In this document: piece after piece, positions 35,394 through 44,371 of the stretch
Numbering within the stretch: position 1 is the first letter of the stretch
Layout of the letters: each line of letters opens with the position of its first letter
Assembly (NCBI GenBank): GCA_021850095.1
Contig: JAJZRX010000009.1
Location: 26-64,025, forward strand
DNA length: 64,000 nt
Origin: Deltaproteobacteria bacterium
GTDB lineage: Bacteria > Desulfobacterota > Desulfuromonadia > Geobacterales > Pseudopelobacteraceae
Reading direction: 5' to 3'
Translations under genes and position numbers: made by a program
The notes under the pieces: generated by a model
Seen by the model: the letters and a program-made list of their open reading frames with translations, nothing else
Told to the model about the DNA's origin: nothing
Database searches by the model: none

Positions 35394-37346
35394 TTACGGT
35401 ATCATCCACTGCAGGTAGTAGGCCTGCACATACACAATAATACCAACAATCACCGTCAGGAAGATAGAGTGTTTCAGGGTGAAGCGGAACAGGGTGCCTT
35501 CCTCGCCGACCATGCCGCAGGCGGCGGTGGCAACGGCCAACGATTGGGGGGAGATCATCTTGCCCATCACGCCGCCGCTGGTGTTGGCTGCGCCGGTCAG
35601 GATCGGGTTGAGGCCAAGCTGCTCGGCGGTGGCCTTCTGCAGGCCGCCGAAAAGGACGTTGCTGGATGTGTCGGAACCGGTCAGGAAAACTCCCAGCCAA
35701 CCCAAAAACGGAGCGATGAACGGGAACCAGTGGCCGGTTTTGGTGAAGACCAGGCCGAGGCAGTTGGTCATGCCGGAGGCGTTCATGACATAAGCCAGAC
35801 CCAGGACAGAGGCAACGGTGACCGCCGGGAAACGCATGTCATAGAGGGTCTTGCCGGCAATTTTGAAAACATCCCCGAAACTGACGCCGCAGATCAGGGC
35901 AGACAGGAAGGCGGCGATCAGGATGGCGGTGCCGGCGGCGGACATGAAGTTAAAATTGTACTTGGCCGGCAGCTTGGCAGGTACCTGATCGGTTACGGCC
36001 TTGCCAAGCGCTTTGAACTGATCCTTGGCAACGACGTTATTCTTTTCCAGATCATCCTTGACCAGCTTCTGGATGTCGTCATTCTTTTTTGCGATGGCAT
36101 TGAAGGCGGCATAACGCTCATCAGTCAGGATGGCACCTTTGCCGGCCAGGCCCTGTTCGACCGGCATCAACTTATCTTCCAGACCTTTCAATTCGTTCAG
36201 CATCCTGATTGCGCCGACCAGTTTCGCTTCGCCTGCCGGCAGCGCTGCCAGCAGTTTGTCAGCTTCAGTCTGAACGGTTGAGATCTTTTTCAGGCCATCT
36301 TCCGGCCTGGAAACCTTCTTGACGATCATGTCGTTCAGGCCCTGCACGGTGATAACGACCTTGCTCTTGTCCAGCTCGCCTTTGATCGAGGGGATACCCC
36401 ACAAAAGGACCATTATAGTCAGGGCCAGGTAGGGTGCCCAGGCGCGGAACACTTCGGCAACGCTGTAGTGGTGCTGTTCCTTGGAACCGGTGTGGGTTTC
36501 ATGGTCGAAGACATAATTTTCCCTGGGCTTCCAGACCTGCAGCAGTGCCACCAGGGCGACCATCGAAGCCAGCGAGGCGGTGATATCCGGCAGGTAAGGC
36601 CCCAGATAGCTGGCAGTGGCCCACTGGGAAACGGCAAAGGTGACGCCGCAGACGACGATGGCCGGCAGCACTTCGATGGTTTTCTTCCAGCCGACCATGA
36701 TCATGATCACATAGAACGGAATCACGACCGAGATGAACGGCAACTGGCGGCCGACCATGGTGGACAGTTTCATCATGCCGTCGTCGCCGTAGCCCATCAC
36801 GCCGGCCAGCGCCACAACCGGAATACCGATGGCGCCGAAGGCGACCGGTGCGGTGTTGGCGATCAGGCAGACCCCGGCGGCATACAAGGGTCGGAAGCCC
36901 AGGCCGACCAGGGTTGCGCCGGCGATGGCGACTGGAGTGCCGAATCCGGCGGCGCCCTCGATGAATGCGCCGAAGCAGAAGGCGATCAGCAGCGCCTGGA
37001 TGCGGCGGTCACCGGTAACACCGGCCAGCGAAGCCCGGATGATTTCGAACTGTCCGCCCTTAACGGTGATGTTGTAAAGGAAGAGGGTGGTGATAACGAT
37101 GTAGAAGACCGGGAAGAGACCGAAAGCTGCGCCCTGTGCAAAAGCGAGACCGGCCAGTTTGGCCGGCATGCCCCAGACCGCGATCGCGATCGCCAGCGCC
37201 GAAGCGACCGCCAACGGTCCGGCTTTGTGGGCTTTCATCTTCAGGACTGCCAGGCAGACAAAAATGATCACCAGCGGGATTGCGGCGATCAGCGCCGACA
37301 ATCCGAGACTGCCTGCTGCGGGGGTGTAGGTTTGAATCCAGGGCAT
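35394..37346 (-). CDS. lldP: L-lactate permease (LctP family) with an extra hydrophilic insert
   Basis: Conserved LctP blocks (GFGTPVAI, LTGSDTSSNVLFG, GGVMGKMISPQS). 650 aa. Confidence 0.9.
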   Translation of the reverse strand: MPWIQTYTPAAGSLGLSALIAAIPLVIIFVCLAVLKMKAHKAGPLAVASALAIAIAVWGMPAKLAGLAFAQGAAFGLFPVFYIVITTLFLYNITVKGGQFEIIRASLAGVTGDRRIQALLIAFCFGAFIEGAAGFGTPVAIAGATLVGLGFRPLYAAGVCLIANTAPVAFGAIGIPVVALAGVMGYGDDGMMKLSTMVGRQLPFISVVIPFYVIMIMVGWKKTIEVLPAIVVCGVTFAVSQWATASYLGPYLPDITASLASMVALVALLQVWKPRENYVFDHETHTGSKEQHHYSVAEVFRAWAPYLALTIMVLLWGIPSIKGELDKSKVVITVQGLNDMIVKKVSRPEDGLKKISTVQTEADKLLAALPAGEAKLVGAIRMLNELKGLEDKLMPVEQGLAGKGAILTDERYAAFNAIAKKNDDIQKLVKDDLEKNNVVAKDQFKALGKAVTDQVPAKLPAKYNFNFMSAAGTAILIAAFLSALICGVSFGDVFKIAGKTLYDMRFPAVTVASVLGLAYVMNASGMTNCLGLVFTKTGHWFPFIAPFLGWLGVFLTGSDTSSNVLFGGLQKATAEQLGLNPILTGAANTSGGVMGKMISPQSLAVATAACGMVGEEGTLFRFTLKHSIFLTVIVGIIVYVQAYYLQWMIP

Positions 37347-37447
37347 AATTTTACTCCTTTCATATGAGGCGCATCAGTTACGGATCTTGTGAAGGGCGTC
37401 GGCTATCGATGAATGGCTGAATTGCGTTTAAAATATTAAAATAGAAT

Positions 37448-37464
37448 CAAGTTTTGTAAACTTG
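37448..37464. promoter_or_regulatory. Candidate operator palindrome in the lldP / lutC divergent region
   Basis: CAAGTTT-N3-AAACTTG, perfect 7-bp arms. Confidence 0.25.
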
Positions 37465-37765
37465 TAATACCAACTAACCTTTTTGTATAAAGTGTGTCAA
37501 GTGTTTTTTGCCGGACGGGTAATAACGCTGTTGACAAGCGTTTATAAGATGATTTACGGTGGCATGTAATGTGGTTATACAAATTGTTTTGATGGTTGTT
37601 TTTGTCGCGCTAAACGCATCGGGGCGATTTGGATTCAGGTTAAGATAAAACCTTTTTTCAGTACGACGAAACGCAATCAGGTTTACCGGCATCCTGATCG
37701 ACGACCAGTGTAGGGAAAGCTATTTGATCCACCAACGAATCACGGACAAGAAGGGAGCATTGCCC

Positions 37766-38314
37766 ATGTACGAACAGTTCAAAGTCAGGGCCGAGGGGGT
37801 CAGCGCAGATGTTCATCGTTTCGCAACCAAAGATGCCGCACTCAATTTCATAATCCAGTTCCTGAAAGACGAGGGGCTGGCCGAAGCTCCCCAAGCCCAT
37901 GCCCTCTGGGCGGATTGTCCCTTTCTGGACGGACTCGACCGGCGGGCGCTGGGGGAGATTGCCGGATTGAAGTTCACGGTCACGCAGGAGCTGGCGGCTA
38001 CCGCCAGGTTCGGCATCAGCCAGATGCAGTGGGCCCTCGCCGATACCGGCACGCTGGTGCAGGATTCCAGTGTGATACAGCAGCGCCTGGTGTCGTCACT
38101 CCCCACGATCCATCTGGCTCTGGTACCGACCGGCGGTATTCTGGCGGACATGCCGACCCTGCTGACCAGGCTTCACCCCAAAGACAGTGCCTATATCGCC
38201 ATGATAACCGGCCCCAGCCGCACGGCCGACATCGAACGGGTGCTGACGATCGGCGTGCATGGCCCGGAGCGACTGATCATCGTTTTCTGCGACGAGCTGG
38301 GAGGTACGAACTGA
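37766..38314 (+). CDS. lutC: LutC/YkgG-family lactate-utilisation protein (LUD domain)
   Basis: MYEQFKVRAEGV start after AAGGGAG. LUD-domain C-terminus (GPSRTADIE). The stop overlaps the next start (ATGA). Confidence 0.75.
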   Translation: MYEQFKVRAEGVSADVHRFATKDAALNFIIQFLKDEGLAEAPQAHALWADCPFLDGLDRRALGEIAGLKFTVTQELAATARFGISQMQWALADTGTLVQDSSVIQQRLVSSLPTIHLALVPTGGILADMPTLLTRLHPKDSAYIAMITGPSRTADIERVLTIGVHGPERLIIVFCDELGGTN

Positions 38315-40449
38315 TGTCAAACGAATTCAAGGCATCCATCCACAAGGCGGTTAACAACGCCAACCTGACCGGCGCACTCGGCACGTTCTCCGAGGCCTAC
38401 AAGGTCAACCGAGCCAAGGCGTATGAGGGGATCGACTTCGAGGAGCTGCGGGGCCGGATCGCCGAGCTGAAGTCCTACGCCGCTTCGCACCTGGATCGGC
38501 TCTCGGAACAGTTTGCCCGGAATGCGGAGGCACGGGGAGCCACGGTTTTCCGGACCAGCGACCCGGCCAAGGTTCGGGAATACATCCTCAAGGTGGCCCA
38601 GGAGAACGGCGTCAAAAGCATCGTCAAATCCAAGTCCATGGCCACCGAGGAGATTCATCTCAACCCCTACCTGGAAAAGGCCGGCATAGCGGTCAGCGAA
38701 ACCGATCTGGGAGAATGGATCATCCAGCTGGCCGGGCAGACCCCCTCGCACATGGTTCTGCCGGCCATCCACATGACCAGGGAGGAAGTTTCCGACCTGT
38801 TCAGCAAAGAGGTTGACGAACGCCTGACCTCGGATATACCCCGGCTGGTCAAGGTGGCCCGCGAGCGGTTACGGCCGAAGTTCCTGCAGGCCGAGATGGG
38901 GATTTCCGGCGGCAATATGGCCGTGGCCGAGACCGGCAGCATCGTGCTGATGACCAATGAGGGCAACGCCCGCCTGGTGACGTCGCTGCCCAAAATCCAT
39001 GTCGCGCTGGTCGGGATCGAAAAGCTGGTTGCCAACTACGCCGACGTCGCCACGATTCTGAAGGCGCTGCCCCGCAGTGCCACGGCCCAGCTGCTGACCA
39101 GCTACGTCTCGATTATCAGCGGACCGACCCCCAACCCGGACGGCTCGCTGAAGGATCTGCACATCATCCTGATGGACAACCGCCGCAGCGAGATGGCGGC
39201 CGATCCCAGGTTCAAGCAGGCACTGCAGTGCATCCGCTGCGCCTCCTGCCTGAATGTCTGCCCGATCTTCCGCCTGGTGGGCGGGCACGTCTTCGGTAAG
39301 GTCTATACCGGCGGGATCGGTACGATCCTGACCGCCTGGTTCGATGAACTGAAAAAAACCGAGGATATCCAGGGGCTCTGCATCCAATGTGGCAACTGCA
39401 AGGAGGTTTGTCCCGGCAAGATCGACATCCCGGAACTGATCATGGAAATCAGGCGGAGGCTGGTCAAGGATCAGGGACTGCCGCTGCTGCAGAAGGCGAT
39501 CTACAGCGTGGTCAACAACCGCCACCTTTTCCACGGCATGCTGCGGGCGGCTTCGCTGGCCGGCAAGCCCTTTACCTCCGGCACGTTCATCCGGCATCTG
39601 CCGATGTTTCTGGCGGACCTGACCGACGGACGCAGCCTGCCGGCCATCGCCAGCCAGCCCTTCCGCGACCGTTTCAAAAACATCAAACAGCCCAAGTTGA
39701 AGGAGAAGGCCGCTTTCTACGCCGGCTGCCTGATCGATTTTGCCTATCCCGAAATGGGGGAAGCGCTGGTCAAGATTCTCAACAAGGCCGGCATCGAGGT
39801 GATCTTCCCCCAGGACCAGACCTGCTGCGGCGCGCCAGCCCGCTACAGCGGCGCCTACGAGACCGCCGCCGGAAATGCGGTCGACAATGTCAAGGCTCTG
39901 CTGGACGAAGACGTGCAATATGTTGTTTCGGCCTGCCCGACCTGCACCGTGGCGCTGGATCATGAATTCATCAGCACCTTTGAAAGCCTGGGACAGACCG
40001 AGTGGATTCCGAAAGCGCGGGAGCTGGCTGCAAAAACGGTCGATTTCTCGACTCTGGTCAAGCAACTGGTCGATCAGGGGCGCCTGTCGCTGAAGGATGG
40101 CCGGAAGCTCGGCACTATCACCTATCATGATTCCTGTCACCTGAAGCGGACCCTGAAGGTGTCGCAGCAGCCGCGTGAATTGCTGGGCAAGGCGGGATAC
40201 GAAGTGACCGAGATGTTCGAGTGCGACACCTGCTGCGGCATGGGTGGCTCATACTCGATGAAACTCCCGGAAATATCCGGTCCGATCCTGAAGCGCAAGC
40301 TGCACAACATCACGGAGACCGGCGCTCCGATCGTGGCAATGGATTGCCCCGGCTGCGTGATGCAGATCAGGGGCGGCCTGGATCAGGACGGCTCGGCGAT
40401 CAAGGTGCGGCACACGGTGGAATTGCTGGCGGAACAGTTGGAGGATTAA
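38314..40449 (+). CDS. lutB: Fused LutB-LutA: LUD/DUF162 plus 2x[4Fe-4S] plus two CCG domains
   Basis: CIRCASCLNVCP and CIQCGNCKEVCP, followed by the CCG motifs TCCGAP and TCCGMGG. Start at MSNEFKAS. Confidence 0.8.
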   Translation: MSNEFKASIHKAVNNANLTGALGTFSEAYKVNRAKAYEGIDFEELRGRIAELKSYAASHLDRLSEQFARNAEARGATVFRTSDPAKVREYILKVAQENGVKSIVKSKSMATEEIHLNPYLEKAGIAVSETDLGEWIIQLAGQTPSHMVLPAIHMTREEVSDLFSKEVDERLTSDIPRLVKVARERLRPKFLQAEMGISGGNMAVAETGSIVLMTNEGNARLVTSLPKIHVALVGIEKLVANYADVATILKALPRSATAQLLTSYVSIISGPTPNPDGSLKDLHIILMDNRRSEMAADPRFKQALQCIRCASCLNVCPIFRLVGGHVFGKVYTGGIGTILTAWFDELKKTEDIQGLCIQCGNCKEVCPGKIDIPELIMEIRRRLVKDQGLPLLQKAIYSVVNNRHLFHGMLRAASLAGKPFTSGTFIRHLPMFLADLTDGRSLPAIASQPFRDRFKNIKQPKLKEKAAFYAGCLIDFAYPEMGEALVKILNKAGIEVIFPQDQTCCGAPARYSGAYETAAGNAVDNVKALLDEDVQYVVSACPTCTVALDHEFISTFESLGQTEWIPKARELAAKTVDFSTLVKQLVDQGRLSLKDGRKLGTITYHDSCHLKRTLKVSQQPRELLGKAGYEVTEMFECDTCCGMGGSYSMKLPEISGPILKRKLHNITETGAPIVAMDCPGCVMQIRGGLDQDGSAIKVRHTVELLAEQLED

Positions 40450-40533
40450 GCGGGCAGGGCAGGGGCAGTTGGCATGCAGCTCTGCACTGGGGATCTGGCA
40501 GTGGTAGCTGATTCGAATCCGGTCGCACAAAGT

Positions 40534-40572
40534 AAACGGGGGGGCAGCTTTAAAGGCTGCCCCCCCGTTTTT
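40534..40572. terminator. Bidirectional intrinsic terminator
   Basis: 15-bp stem AAACGGGGGGGCAGC / GCTGCCCCCCCGTTT flanked by A- and T-runs. Lies between lutBA (+) and a convergent small ORF (-). Confidence 0.85.
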
Positions 40573-40609
40573 GTCGTCAACGCAGAAATTTAAAAATACA
40601 ACCTGCTGG

Positions 40610-40816
40610 TCAGCCCCCCAGGTATCTGGTCAATTCCTCTGCAAGGGTTGTCGGATGCAGGAAACGGGCTGGAATCTTGTCGCTGCCCAGAAACTCCTTT
40701 GCCCATGGTTGGCGTTTTGTCCAGGCCATCAGCTGTTCCCAGCCGGCCCAGGTTGAGAAATCGACCCCTTGTATGCTGGTGATCTGCTCCAGGAATGTCT
40801 GCTCATATCCTGTCAT
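40610..40816 (-). CDS. Hypothetical 68-aa protein
   Basis: GAGGAG lies 5 nt upstream of the ATG and a terminator lies downstream. No recognisable family. Confidence 0.45.
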   Translation of the reverse strand: MTGYEQTFLEQITSIQGVDFSTWAGWEQLMAWTKRQPWAKEFLGSDKIPARFLHPTTLAEELTRYLGG

Positions 40817-41048
40817 GACATCTCCTCATAAATCAGGAACCGATAGGAGAAAAAATTTTACCATGCCCGGAATCTAACATCACGGCAGCATAATTCAAAA
40901 TGATTTTTCTTTTTTGCAGCAACCGATCCCATGTGTTTCCCTCTGACAGGGATAAATATTGTCCGCTTATGGCTCAGTCCATTGCAATTGATAGCAGGCT
41001 GTACTACGATTGGTCCGGAATTGAAAATTGCGGAGGGAGTACATAACC

Positions 41049-42368
41049 ATGTCGTCGCCCTGGCGATTTCATCTGACTTTGGTACAAAAAATGATTTTGA
41101 GCTTTGCCCTTTCAGGATTGTGCCTGATTGGCGGACTGCTGTATTCGATCAGCGGTCTGGGCGCCATGCATAAGATGGAGCAGGAAATTGCCAGAAAGGA
41201 TCTCAAGGCGGCCACGATAACGATCCGATTGCGTGAACTGATGATCGCACAGGAGCGTCTGTCCGGACGTTTCAACATACTGAAGCTGCCCGAATACCGC
41301 TCAATACACGATCAGAATGCTGAAGATTTTCGCGCAGGTCTTTCAGATCTGAAAAGTGTGCGCAATGACCCGCTTATCCCTGTCTTGCAGGCTGATTTCG
41401 ACCGTTATTCCCGTTTGGCGGGTTTACTGTTTGCCGGTGAGTTAGCCAATACGGCCGAGATGAAAAACAGGGTGGAAGCCGTGCTCAGGCACATCGATGC
41501 CATCAGCGAAAATCAGCGCCTGGATCTGTCCCGTAAGCTGGCTTTATCCGATATCAAGGAGGAGCATACGGTCTCCTGGTCGCTGGGACTGGCGTTTGCG
41601 GGTGTGCTTTTTTCCACTGTCATCGCCGGCTGGATGGTGTACTCATTTGCCCGTTCGATCGGCAAGCTGCAGTATGCCACTCACCGGATCGCTTCCGGTG
41701 ATTTTGATCATGATCCGCGCATCGATTCGGGCGACGAGATCGGATCCCTGTCCCAGGATTTCAGGCAGATGGCGGTCAGATTGAAGGAATTGGAGCAGAT
41801 CAGTCTGGATGCCAGCCCGTTGACCCGCTTGCCCGGCAATATCGCCATCGAACGCGATATCAACCGCCGTCTGCGCGACCGGGCCACCTTTGCGATGTGC
41901 TATATAGATCTGGACAATTTCAAGTCATACAACGATCACTACGGGTATATCAAAGCCAGTGAATTATTGAAGGAAGTCGGCAAGGTCATTTATGATCAGG
42001 TAAGGGCTCTGGGTAATCCGGACGCTTTTGTGGGGCACATCGGCGGGGATGACTTCGTCGTTATCATTTCTGCCGATCTGGCGGAAGCTGCCTGCAGAGC
42101 CATCATAAATAGCGTCGACGCACTGGTTCCGGGCTACTATTCCGAGCAGGACCGGCGTGCCGGGGCTATCGAGGGGGTGGATCGCTACGGTGTTCAGCGC
42201 TCATTCCCGTTGATTTCGGTTTCAATAGCTGCTCTGGTGTGTCGGCCGGGTGATTATGGACACGCTGCCGAAATTGCCACCGCCGCTGCGGCGGTCAAGG
42301 ATCAGGTCAAGGAATCGGCCGGAAGCAATTACGTGATTGTCAGGGAGGCGGTGTCCCGTGAAATATGA
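41049..42368 (+). CDS. Membrane HAMP / GGDEF-domain protein with a non-canonical GGDDF site
   Basis: Two TM segments, a HAMP domain (ASGDFDHD...IGSLSQDFRQMAVRL), and PLTRLPGN...DLDNFKSYND...GHIGGDDFVV. Confidence 0.8.
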   Translation: MSSPWRFHLTLVQKMILSFALSGLCLIGGLLYSISGLGAMHKMEQEIARKDLKAATITIRLRELMIAQERLSGRFNILKLPEYRSIHDQNAEDFRAGLSDLKSVRNDPLIPVLQADFDRYSRLAGLLFAGELANTAEMKNRVEAVLRHIDAISENQRLDLSRKLALSDIKEEHTVSWSLGLAFAGVLFSTVIAGWMVYSFARSIGKLQYATHRIASGDFDHDPRIDSGDEIGSLSQDFRQMAVRLKELEQISLDASPLTRLPGNIAIERDINRRLRDRATFAMCYIDLDNFKSYNDHYGYIKASELLKEVGKVIYDQVRALGNPDAFVGHIGGDDFVVIISADLAEAACRAIINSVDALVPGYYSEQDRRAGAIEGVDRYGVQRSFPLISVSIAALVCRPGDYGHAAEIATAAAAVKDQVKESAGSNYVIVREAVSREI

Positions 42369-42888
42369 GCAATTCGCCGTTGCACTGCTGCTGGCTGCCG
42401 CCTTTCTGACGGGCGGCTGCGCTGCCTTTGTCGCTAAAGATGTGCCGGCAGTGAAGACGAAGGACGTTCCGGGGGTGGAGCGCAGCTTTTCGGCCGCGCT
42501 GCAGTTTATGCGGACAGGTGACGAGTCGTCAGCCCGCGATCTGTTGGAGCGCATTGTTGATGAGCCGCCGCTGGTCGGCGTTACGGATGAGGCGCTGTTT
42601 CGTCTGGCGGTCTTTAATCTGGGGGATGAAAACGGCAAGGGGGAAACCCGCGCCAGGAAATTGCTGGAGCGGCTGACGGCCGAGTTTCCGGCCAGCAGCT
42701 GGTCTCGTCAGGCCGCCCCCCTGCTGGAGCATATTCGCGAAACTGTCACTTTGAGGTCCCGTATGCGTGAGCTGAAAAGCCTGCGCAGCCAGAACCTGTC
42801 GCTCAGCAGGGACAACAAGGATCTTCGCCAGAATCTTGAACATCTGAAAAATCTGGATCTGGAACTGGAGCAGAAGATCAGAAAGTGA
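42358..42888 (+). CDS. Lipoprotein with a C-terminal coiled coil
   Basis: Lipobox LTGGC. GTG 42358 lies 10 nt after AGGGAGG and overlaps the GGDEF gene's stop. Heptad-rich tail. Confidence 0.55.
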   Translation: MKYEQFAVALLLAAAFLTGGCAAFVAKDVPAVKTKDVPGVERSFSAALQFMRTGDESSARDLLERIVDEPPLVGVTDEALFRLAVFNLGDENGKGETRARKLLERLTAEFPASSWSRQAAPLLEHIRETVTLRSRMRELKSLRSQNLSLSRDNKDLRQNLEHLKNLDLELEQKIRK

Positions 42889-42910
42889 AACCGAACCCCC
42901 GGGGCTTTTA

Positions 42911-44026
42911 TTACTTGCGCTTGTCCCCCTGCTGGTATTGCGCCATGAACCTGATCTTGTAATCCATGAACCTTCCGTCGCCGATGGCCTGGCGAATCTC
43001 GCTCATCATTGTCAGATAAAAATGGACGTTGTGTATGGCTGACAGTACCGCCGAGAGCACCTCGTTTGATACAAACAGATGATGCAGGTAGGCCCGGCTG
43101 AAGTTCTGGCAGGTGTAGCAGTTGCAGCTGGGATCGATCGGGAAGAAATCACGCTTGTAGTTCTTGTTGGTCAGCCGGATGCGGCCGCGCCGGGTGAAAA
43201 GCGTGGCGCTGCGGGCGTAGCGGGTCGGTATGACGCAGTCGAACATGTCGATGCCGCGCTCGACACTTTCCAGGATGTCTTCCGGCAGTCCGACTCCCAT
43301 CAGGTAGCGGGGCTTGTGTTCCGGCAGATGCGGGGTGGTGAAGCCAACGATTTTTTTCAGCAGTTCCAGGCCTTCCCCGACACTGACCCCGCCGATGGCG
43401 TAGCCCGGCAGGTCCAGTTTGCACATCTCCTGTGCGCACATCGCCCGCAGGTCTTCATAAACACTCCCCTGAACGATCCCGAACAGCGCCTGGCCGTTGT
43501 CGGTCATGGCGTTTTGGCACTCCTTCAGCCAGCGGATGGTTTTTTGGGTCGATTGCTGCGCGTAAGCCTTATCGCAGGGGTAGGGGATGCACTCGTCGAA
43601 AGCCATGATGATGTCGGCTCCCAGATCCTGCTGAATGCGCGTTGCGCTGGCCGGATCAAGATAAATCTCCTCTCCGCTGATCTCATGTCTGAAAAAAACA
43701 CCCTCTTCGGTGATCCGTTTGTTGGGCAGTGAAAAAACCTGAAAACCGCCCGAATCGGTCAGGATCGGCCGATCCCAGGCCATGAACTTGTGCAGCCCGC
43801 CCGCTTTTTTTACCAGGCCTTCGCCTGGCTGCAGATGCAGATGATAGGTGTTGGAAAGAATGATCTGGGCTCCGGTTTCCTTGATCTGTACCGGTGTCAG
43901 CGGTTTCATGGCGCCGTGGGTGGCAACCGGCATGAAGATCGGGGTCTGGATGTCGCCCCTCGCCGTGCTGACTACCCCCAGGCGGGCGGCACTCCGTTGG
44001 TCTTTTTTAAGTAATCTGAATTCCAT
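42911..44026 (-). CDS. tgt: tRNA-guanine transglycosylase
   Basis: MEFRLLKKD...ARLG start, LTDSGGFQV, and zinc site CNCYTCQNFSRAYLHHL. The 74-aa upstream extension in the track is not homologous. Confidence 0.9.
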   Translation of the reverse strand: MEFRLLKKDQRSAARLGVVSTARGDIQTPIFMPVATHGAMKPLTPVQIKETGAQIILSNTYHLHLQPGEGLVKKAGGLHKFMAWDRPILTDSGGFQVFSLPNKRITEEGVFFRHEISGEEIYLDPASATRIQQDLGADIIMAFDECIPYPCDKAYAQQSTQKTIRWLKECQNAMTDNGQALFGIVQGSVYEDLRAMCAQEMCKLDLPGYAIGGVSVGEGLELLKKIVGFTTPHLPEHKPRYLMGVGLPEDILESVERGIDMFDCVIPTRYARSATLFTRRGRIRLTNKNYKRDFFPIDPSCNCYTCQNFSRAYLHHLFVSNEVLSAVLSAIHNVHFYLTMMSEIRQAIGDGRFMDYKIRFMAQYQQGDKRK

Positions 44027-44371
44027 GCTGGTGAATACTCCCGAGGCTGAATCTGTTTGTTGGTTAGTACCATGAACAGGAACGTAATTGCAATCACGCC
44101 GCAGGAGCGCATTAGAATCGGGTTGAAATTGTATCCTGTATACATAAAATGGTTGCAATTTTTTATAACGGTGTCTAGTATGCGCCTCATAAAATATCGG
44201 GAGTTTGATCAGAGCTAAAGTTTCGAAGGCCGCATCAAATACATTCAAAGGAGGTTAAAATGGTGGTTTTCACCACATTTCTCTGGCGTGGTCCTCCCCG
44301 GAATTATTAGTCTCCCCAAACTCAGATCTATTTAATCCTGCAGTATCAAATCTTTAAAAGGAAGGAATGCT

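Noticed and set aside
40497-40530. A tRNA-like 3' fragment (…GGTAGCTGATTCGAATCCGGTCGCACA) that might mark an att site.
   Set aside because: The flanks of the TTCGAAT loop do not pair as a T-stem, and the fragment matches neither tRNA in the window. It is probably coincidental.
44027-44248. Upstream extensions of real genes in the ORF track: tgt to 44248, lutBA from 37915, the YyaL-like gene to 4989, carbonic anhydrase from 27588, the thioesterase from 56777, and the regulator to 32526.
   Set aside because: Family homology and Shine-Dalgarno sequences support the internal starts. The extensions overlap neighbouring genes or intergenic DNA.
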